From: Octopus sinensis
Lineage: Eukaryota
Assembly: GCF_006345805.1 (NCBI RefSeq)
Contig: NW_021830357.1
Coordinates: 1 to 6,089, forward strand
DNA: 6,089 nucleotides
Direction: 5' to 3'
The notes under the pieces are model-generated. The model was not told where the DNA came from, did not search any database, and saw nothing but the letters and a program-made list of their open reading frames with translations. Below are positions 1 to 6,089 of this stretch, in pieces; positions within the stretch are counted from its first letter, which is position 1, and each line of letters starts with the position of its first letter. The position numbers and the translations under genes are program-made.

Positions 1-145
1 TCCAATGTCTTTGTGTACCTCTCATCACAATTAACCCAACCACGTATACGTACGCGCGACGGGTACAACACGTACATACAAACAGACCTGACAAATCACT
101 GAACAGTTTGAGAATGAGAAAGTTTAATAGAGTCTCTAATAGAAG

Positions 146-215
146 TGTTGTTGCTGTTGGTTAGTCCCAGGTCTGTTGTTTAACCCCAGACTAATGATAA
201 AAGGCGTTCCAGTCT
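146..215. repeat. Possible degenerate interspersed-repeat end with a local 17-bp duplication
   Basis: ctgttggttagtcccag (154-170) and ctgttgtttaaccccag (173-189) match at 14/17. The (GTT)n-TTTAACCCCAG...TGATAAAAGGCGTTCCAG context resembles an octopus repeat end I recall; not verified. Confidence 0.25.
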
Positions 216-262
216 TAAGCATAGTAGAATCGTAAGAGAATTGTTGTATCTGTGAGTATAGA

Positions 263-411
263 TACGCAAGTGGTACTTAATTTATCGACCCCCGCAAAAG
301 GATGAAAAGCAAAGTCGACCTCGGCGGAATTTGAACTCAGAACGTGAAGAAAGACAAAATACTGATAAGCATTTAGCCCGGCGTGCTAACGGTTCTGTCA
401 GCTCGCTGCCT
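263..411 (-). mobile_element. tRNA-derived SINE (family A): head plus central domain, 3' part missing
   Basis: Minus strand starts AGGCAGCGAGCTGACAGAACCGTTAGCACGCCGGG and carries A-box-like and B-box motifs, then GAGGTCGACTTTGCTTTTCATCCTTTTGCGGGGGTCGATAAATTAAGTACCA. 271-291 is identical over 21 nt to 6064-6084. Confidence 0.85.
326..400 (-). promoter_or_regulatory. Internal Pol III promoter of the SINE (A-box-like 400-389, B box 337-326)
   Basis: Minus strand TGACAGAACCGT is a degenerate A box; AGTTCAAATTCC fits the B-box consensus GGTTCRANNCC. Spacing is tRNA-like. Confidence 0.6.
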
Positions 412-663
412 TTAAGATAATATAAATATTGTACAACGTATGTACTGAGTTCGTAGAATATAAAACAAAGTATTTTTAAAGTAGACGTCTCTAGTTAAAC
501 AATATTGAAGTATTATTTATTACGCTTTCATTGAGAGAGACATCCTTAATTTCAATATATACCAAATTAATAAGCGCTTCATATAAATATCTAATTTTCT
601 GAAAACGGAAATAGATGTAAAGTTAATAAGATTCTAATTCTTTAAGAGACACTTTATGTTAAA

Positions 664-1055
664 CTAGCAGTATCGCCCGGCGTTGCTCGAGTTTGTAAGG
701 GAAATAACTATATAAGCATTTTTTGAGATGTATAGTATAATAGCCATCTCAATATGGCTAACCACAAAGGGGGGTGTTACTGTAGCTTTTTACGTTCTGA
801 GATTTAATAATACATTTTTAGAGAGTTACTTCCCTTATATATGCCAAAAATGCATTAAAATGGGACAAATTATGGTAATTTTTTTTAAAATCGTAGACTC
901 ATCGTAGACGCGCGCTAATATCCAGAATGGCTCGATATGAATCACGACTATAAGATACCCGCTTTTGGTTAAACTGCATCGCAAAATGTGGGAGTAGTTA
1001 GGAATCTAAATCGTAGGAGACAGACACCACACAACCTCACTTTTATATATATAGA
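664..1055 (-). mobile_element. Non-autonomous Helitron, 392 bp, both termini intact
   Basis: Minus strand 5' end TCTATATATATAAAA and 3' end CTAG. GC-rich subterminal hairpin at 676-691 (CCCGGCGTTGCTCGAG), 8 nt from CTAG. Inserted between A663 and T1056 (AT target), no TSD, no coding capacity. Confidence 0.8.
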
Positions 1056-1244
1056 TTAGATAGTAAAGTACTCTAAAATTTGGATTATTCTGTGTGTGTG
1101 ATACACGCAGGGCGTCGTGACTGAGCCTTGATTTTATTTTTATCCTTGAAAAAAAAAAAGAAAAAACAGTTAATTCTGGATGTAAACCTTTCCCCATTTT
1201 ATTGAATGCAGTTCTTTTACCGCATAAAGTTAGCTATTTTTCAG

Positions 1245-1291
1245 GTGGGTAACCTTGTTCGACAAACACTTCTGAGAGAAAATTCTTCTGG
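1245..1291 (+). CDS. Candidate 47-nt internal exon (VGNLVRQTLLRENSS + GG)
   Basis: Acceptor ctatttttcag|G and donor TGG|gtaagg; only phase 0 is open. Could extend upstream to an acceptor at 1211 (adding FFYRIKLAIFQ). Peptide not recognised. Confidence 0.25.
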
Positions 1292-1431
1292 GTAAGGTGT
1301 AGTCCTAAATTCACTGGACATAAGAGAAAAGTAAAAAAAGAAAAAAAAAATGCGGAATAGCGAAGGGTGGAATGCTTTGTGATTTGTGATCATGCCAAAT
1401 GTATCTGTAAGATGAGAGCAGGCTAAGGAGA

Positions 1432-1704
<273 letters not shown>

Positions 1705-1980
1705 CCGTCGATCCAGTTTAACACGAACACGTGTCACTTAACGTTACTTTCTCTCCGCTATACAAGCATTTGAATCAGGTTTCAGTCAAAGGACATCTCA
1801 TCAGTCACAGTAGTTGCCTCCCTTGAAAATAACCATGCGGTCGCATCCCTCGTATTGTAAGGGAAGAAAATATAACTAAATTACACTAAACAAAATAAAA
1901 AACTCAAGCTGTTATTTATAGTCTTAGTACATATCTATCTCTGACGAATTACAAATTACTTATACGTTACAGTTTCGGAT

Positions 1981-2000
1981 ATTTATTTATTTATTTATTT
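1981..2000. repeat. (ATTT)5 microsatellite
   Basis: Five perfect ATTT units. Confidence 0.9.
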
Positions 2001-2097
2001 ATAGTTTTCACTTGAGAATTTAAAATGATATGCGTGTGGGCTAAATGATACCACCGTAGTTATGGTTAGGTGTCGTTAAATGTAACTGGAAGACTGA

Positions 2098-2099
<2 letters not shown>

Positions 2100-2140
<41 letters not shown>

Positions 2141-2177
2141 TGTTTGTGTGTGTGTGTGTGTTGTGTGTTGTGTGTGT
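2100..2177. repeat. (GT)n microsatellite
   Basis: Perfect for ~38 nt, then interrupted. Confidence 0.95.
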
Positions 2178-2264
2178 CTATACGTATACACAAATTCGAG
2201 GAACACATCAATCAAGCCCTATTAATCTGTTGTTCTTTTTCTCTATCTCTCCGCGTTGAGTGCC

Positions 2265-2267
2265 TAT

Positions 2268-2312
<45 letters not shown>

Positions 2313-2400
2313 GTTATATGCGTGTGTGAGTGTGTGTGTTCATGGAGAGGGTGACAGGAGAAGAATAAGAGAGGGAGAGAGTAAGAGAGAGAGAGAGAAG
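2265..2400. repeat. Compound (CA)n(TA)n, (GT)n and (GA)-rich simple repeats
   Basis: (CA)n ~2268-2292, (TA)n 2293-2312, TG-rich ~2319-2338, GA-rich ~2345-2400. Confidence 0.9.
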
Positions 2401-2529
2401 CAACATGATTGATTAGTGAGTTTACAAGTGTTCCACGGATTCATTCGTGTCCGTATCAGTGTGTGTGCGTGTGCGTGTGTGTTTGTATACGCATACATAA
2501 TTCTACATGTGTGTGTTTATACACACACG

Positions 2530-2692
2530 CACACACACACACACACCACACACACATACACGTACACACGCACACGCATATATATATATATATAATATAT
2601 AGCACAGGCACACAGGTATGCGTATACATTCTTCAAAGATGCATAAAAGAACGATACACAGAAACATGATAACAACGCGCACACACACACAC

Positions 2693-2732
<40 letters not shown>

Positions 2733-2866
2733 ACACACGCACACGCAATATATATATATATATATGTAGCACAGGCACACAGGTATGCGTATACATGTCT
2801 TCAAAGATGCATAAAAGAACGATACACAGAAACATGATAAACACGCGCACACACACACACCACACG
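2530..2866 (+). repeat. Tandem duplication A/A', ~168-bp unit (2530-2697, 2698-2866)
   Basis: The unique core TAGCACAGGCACACAGGTATGCGTATACAT..CTTCAAAGATGCATAAAAGAACGATACACAGAAACATGATAA occurs at ~2600 and ~2767 (offset 167-169), embedded in (CA)n/(TA)n. Confidence 0.95.
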
Positions 2867-2875
2867 CACACACAT

Positions 2876-2914
<39 letters not shown>

Positions 2915-3057
2915 CATACACACACACACATGCACACACACGCATATATACATTCGCACGCAGACAACGCACACACATACACATATTTTCTCTGACACAT
3001 AGAGGTGATTCCCGAAAAAAGAATTTGGCAGTTGGTCAGTTTGTATATTTATGTTAG

Positions 3058-3186
3058 CTTGGAGTCTCTGGAAGACATCATTAAGACCGAACTGACAAAC
3101 GGAGTTTGGATTTCACCGAAAATGTTGCGGCTTGTCTTTCGCTTCTCGTATTTTCTTGGATGCAAATTCGTTGACAGTTCTGCTTT
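3058..3186 (+). CDS. Candidate 129-nt symmetric (phase 2-2) exon: LESLEDIIKTELTNGVWISPKMLRLVFRFSYFLGCKFVDSSA
   Basis: Acceptor atttatgttag|C and donor TTT|gtacgt; one open frame; non-repetitive island. Could instead be a first exon with ATG at 3122. The second copy (4007-4133) is frameshifted and its donor reads GTACTA. Peptide not recognised. Confidence 0.2.
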
Positions 3187-3519
3187 GTACGTATATATAT
3201 GTTTCTTTATTAGCCACACAGGGCTGCACACAGACAGGACAAATTACAAGGTGGAGCTTTTCTTTTGGGGGTAAAAAAAAGGGGGTTTGGTTTTCGATCA
3301 AAAGGGATCGTAGAGGGAAAGAAAGAGGACAAAAAAAGGGGAGAATAAAATTTTAAAAAAAGGGGGGGAAGGGGGAAAGGAAAAAAATCGATCGTGTGTG
3401 TGTGTGTTTATGTATGCATGCGTATATTTATTGGTGTGTCTATGTGTGTAGAAGAGTAGCTGCTTCTCTTTCGTGTTTGCCATGGGTGTAAGCGCATACA
3501 TACATAGGCACACTTTCTT

Positions 3520-3523
<4 letters not shown>

Positions 3524-3600
<77 letters not shown>

Positions 3601-3640
3601 TCTATCTGTCTGTCTGTCTGTCTGTCTATCTGCCTGTCTT

Positions 3641-3691
<51 letters not shown>

Positions 3692-3729
3692 GTCTGTCTG
3701 TCTATCTATCTGTCTGTCTATCTATCTAT
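3524..3729. repeat. Compound (ATCT)n(GTCT)n(CT)n microsatellite, copy 1
   Basis: (ATCT)8(GTCT)7(ATCT)6(GTCT)5, then (CT)n and further ATCT/GTCT units. Confidence 0.95.
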
Positions 3730-3782
3730 GCCATAGTTTCTTTCACTCCCACTTTTCTCTCTCACTATGTTATTTATGTGTG

Positions 3783-3818
<36 letters not shown>

Positions 3819-3830
3819 GCGCCACACATG

Positions 3831-3862
<32 letters not shown>

Positions 3863-4460
3863 CATACACACACACACACTGCACCAACACCGCATATATA
3901 CATTCGCACGCAGACAACGCACACACATACACATATTTTCTCTGACACATAGAGGTGATTCCCGAAAAAAGAATTTGGCATTGGTCAGTTTGTATATTTA
4001 TGTTAGCTTGGAGTCTCTGAAGACATCATTAAGACCGAACTGACAAACGGAGTTTGGATTTCACCGAAAATGTTGCGGCTTGTCTTTCGCTTCTCGTTTT
4101 TCTTGGATGCAAATTCGTTGACAGTTCTGCTTTGTACTATAATATATGTTTCTTTATTAGCCACACAGGGCTGCACACAGACAGGACAAATTACAAGGTG
4201 GACTTTTCTTTTGGGGGTAAAAAAAAGGGGGTTTTTGGTTTTCGATCAAAAGGGATCGTAGAGGGAAAGAAAGAGGACAAAAAAGGGGAGAATAAAATTT
4301 TAAAAAAGGGGGGGAAATGGGGAAAGGAAACAATCGATCGGTGGTGTTGGTGTTTATGTATGCATGCGTATATTTATTGGTGTGTCTATGTGTGTAGAAG
4401 AGTAGCTGCTTCTCTTCGTGTTTGCCATGGGTGTAACGCATACAACATAGCACACTTTCT

Positions 4461-4464
<4 letters not shown>

Positions 4465-4541
<77 letters not shown>

Positions 4542-4672
4542 TCTATCTGTCTGTCTGTCTGTCTGTCTATCTGCTGTCTTTCTATCTCCATCTCTCCTCT
4601 CCTCTCTCTCTCTCTCTATCTATCTATCCTATCTGTCTGTCTGTCTATCTATCTGTCTGTCTATCTATCTAT
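4465..4672. repeat. Compound (ATCT)n(GTCT)n(CT)n microsatellite, copy 2
   Basis: Same 8/7/6/5 unit counts as copy 1; the (CT)n part is broken by 1-nt indels. Confidence 0.95.
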
Positions 4673-4855
4673 GCCATAGTTTCTTTCACTCCCACTTTTC
4701 TCTCTCACTATGTTATTTATGTGTGTATATATTTACACACACACACACACACACACACGTATGTGTGTGAGCATATATACACAGAGAGAAAGGGAAAAAG
4801 TGACAGGGATAGATAGAGAGAGAGAGAGTGAAGGCGAGAGTGACACAAATATGCA

Positions 4856-4991
4856 TACTCTTTTATTTTTCTACTTGCGTCAGTCATTTGACTGTGGCTA
4901 TGCTGGAGCACCACATTTAGTCGAACAAATCGACCCTATGACCTATTCTTTGTAAGCCTAGTACTTATTTTATCACTCTCTTTTTGCCGAA
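4856..4991 (-). mobile_element. SINE fragment (family B): 3' end and part of the central domain, 5'-truncated
   Basis: TACTCTTTT tail, CAGTCATTTGACTG palindrome, GCTGGAGCACC, GTCGA-N5-TCGACCC and AGTACTTATTTTATC, the last two shared with family A. Matches an abundant octopus repeat from memory; no Pol III head is visible. Confidence 0.72.
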
Positions 4992-5088
4992 ATTATGAGT
5001 TTATTTCAAAATCTGATATTGCATAGATTGTATTTTACGTAGGATATGGGCAGGTCCCATGAGCACTATTTTTTTAATCTGGTACCAG

Positions 5089-5144
5089 AGCTAGGTTGCA
5101 AACAGCGCCTTTTGCTATCATTCCCAATGCACCTATGACAACAG
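5089..5144 (+). CDS. Candidate 56-nt internal exon (A + ARLQTAPFAIIPNAPMTT + G)
   Basis: Acceptor tatttttttaatctggtaccag|A and donor CAG|gtattg; open in a phase compatible with the upstream candidates. Peptide not recognised. Confidence 0.25.
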
Positions 5145-5181
5145 GTATTGTTTTAGTCTTGAGGTTCAACGTTTTGCCAAT

Positions 5182-5183
<2 letters not shown>

Positions 5184-5237
<54 letters not shown>

Positions 5238-5238
5238 G

Positions 5239-5273
<35 letters not shown>

Positions 5274-5276
5274 ATT
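5184..5276. repeat. (ATT)18 GGT (ATT)10 AAT ATT microsatellite
   Basis: Read directly from the sequence. Confidence 0.97.
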
Positions 5277-5806
5277 GAGTGAGAGAGCAGTGCATGCATG
5301 ACACTGGGGTACAAATATACGAAGCCCAGTATGCCCATCATGACTACCCACCTGATAAGGGTACACTAAGCACATGCATCACAACCATATGTGAGCGACA
5401 TGGTGATCTTATATCAAAATAAACAGCGCACGACCATGAAAGTGGAGCCCAGTTAGAATTTTCTTCTGGTCGAGTAGCCCATCCCGTTCAAAATATCCCT
5501 GAATAAGGGTTGTTTAAGTATGTTGAACGAAACACCCATATTCCCAAACGTGAATTATCCAAACACAAAGAATCCCACTCAACACATGGCTATGATGCTC
5601 CCCCACTACTTCTGCATGTGATCAGTGATGCACACATCGTCAGCCACTAAGGGACATGCTCAGCTGGTTAAGGTCAAACAACTGACAAGCAAATCTGGTA
5701 TTGAGCAGAATATTTGCCCATCTTTTATACCAAGACAAAACAATGTACACGATAACACTTCCAATCAGTTAAGATCAGAAGCCACTGCCTGGTACTGCAT
5801 CAGGGC

Positions 5807-5810
<4 letters not shown>
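5277..5810. mobile_element. ~535-bp non-coding interspersed element embedded in an (ATT)n tract
   Basis: Complex, higher-GC sequence with sharp boundaries and same-orientation (ATT)n on both sides; no TIRs, no Helitron ends, no long ORF. I recall this sequence as multicopy in octopus; not verified. Confidence 0.65.

Positions 5811-5858
<48 letters not shown>
5811..5858. repeat. (ATT)16 microsatellite
   Basis: Perfect run. Confidence 0.97.
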
Positions 5859-5860
<2 letters not shown>

Positions 5861-5971
5861 GGGTAATGGGCATTAGTTAAGACTGAGTCTTTCGACTCAT
5901 ATGTAACAAATGCTCAAACTACGAGTTTGCTTTGAATATTCCCTCATCAGTAGTTAGGTCTCTTAAATATA

Positions 5972-6089
5972 TTTTTTTATTACCCACAAGCGGCTAAACA
6001 CAGAGGGGACAAACAAGGATAGACAAGCGGATTAAATCGATTACTTCGACCCCAGTGCGTAACTGGTACTTAATTTATCGACCCTGAAA
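5972..6089 (-). mobile_element. SINE family A, 3' half (continues beyond the window)
   Basis: 21-nt identity with 271-291. Minus strand ends ...GTTTAGCCGCTTGTGGGTAATAAAAAAA in a short A tail. Confidence 0.85.

Larger units (their letters stand above)
2867..4759 (+). repeat. Tandem duplication B/B', ~950-bp unit (2867-3819, 3820-4759)
   Basis: AGAGGTGATTCCCG at 3001 and 3951; CCATAGTTTC at 3731 and 4674. Colinear throughout, including the microsatellite block. Confidence 0.97.

Noticed and set aside
41-58. Overlapping palindromes ACGTATACGT / CGTACG / CGCGCG
   Set aside because: Expected in a decayed alternating purine-pyrimidine microsatellite; no functional context.
326-411. Possible tRNA gene
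   Set aside because: Only A/B boxes; no cloverleaf, and it continues into the SINE body.
789-801. 12/13-nt match between the Helitron interior and the SINE minus strand (336-348), suggesting capture
   Set aside because: The alignment does not extend on either side; compatible with chance.
1835-1880. ATGCG-GT-CGCAT hairpin plus an 11-nt match (TTGTAAGGGAA) to the Helitron at 693-703
   Set aside because: Too short, no CTAG terminus at the right spacing, and no further homology.
2484-2795. 13-bp inverted repeat TGTATACGCATAC (2484-2496) vs 2616-2628 and 2783-2795
   Set aside because: Low-complexity alternating purine/pyrimidine context makes such matches likely, and the flanks are not colinear.
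2530-2866. CRISPR-like repeat-spacer pattern
   Set aside because: Only two long units separated by microsatellite, no unique spacers or cas genes, and a eukaryotic context.
2099-2998. Many CV/HT-repeat ORFs
   Set aside because: Dinucleotide-repeat translations that are open on both strands.
3267-3380. G-run clusters (possible G-quadruplex)
   Set aside because: Needs a ~20-nt loop or a split G7 run, and homopolymer lengths here are unreliable.
4054-4770. Longest ORF (238 aa)
   Set aside because: Runs through homopolymers and tetranucleotide repeats, and is open only because of copy-2 indels; not intact in copy 1.
5586-5647. Hammerhead-like CTGACGA-stem-GAAG on the minus strand
   Set aside because: GAAG rather than GAAA, no stem III, and no valid NUH cleavage triplet before the stem I partner. 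No canonical HDV-like fold was found by eye either.

Overview
Repeat-dense eukaryotic non-coding DNA (intronic or intergenic). The SINE sequences match families I recall from octopus genomes, so a cephalopod origin is likely but unverified. No credible long CDS, RNA gene, CRISPR array or prokaryotic system is present; almost all ORFs in the track are translations of microsatellites. Contents: two pieces of one tRNA-derived SINE family (263-411, 5972-6089, minus), a fragment of a related SINE family (4856-4991, minus), a complete 392-bp non-autonomous Helitron (664-1055, minus), a ~535-bp non-coding element flanked on both sides by (ATT)n (5277-5810), and many microsatellites. An A-A'-B-B' block of adjacent tandem duplications (~168 bp x2, ~950 bp x2; 2530-4759) has copies differing almost only by 1-nt indels, which suggests long-read error or a false duplication. 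Three short unique islands have phase-compatible splice signals and may be exons of an unidentified plus-strand gene (low confidence). I found no evidence for a novel multi-gene system.
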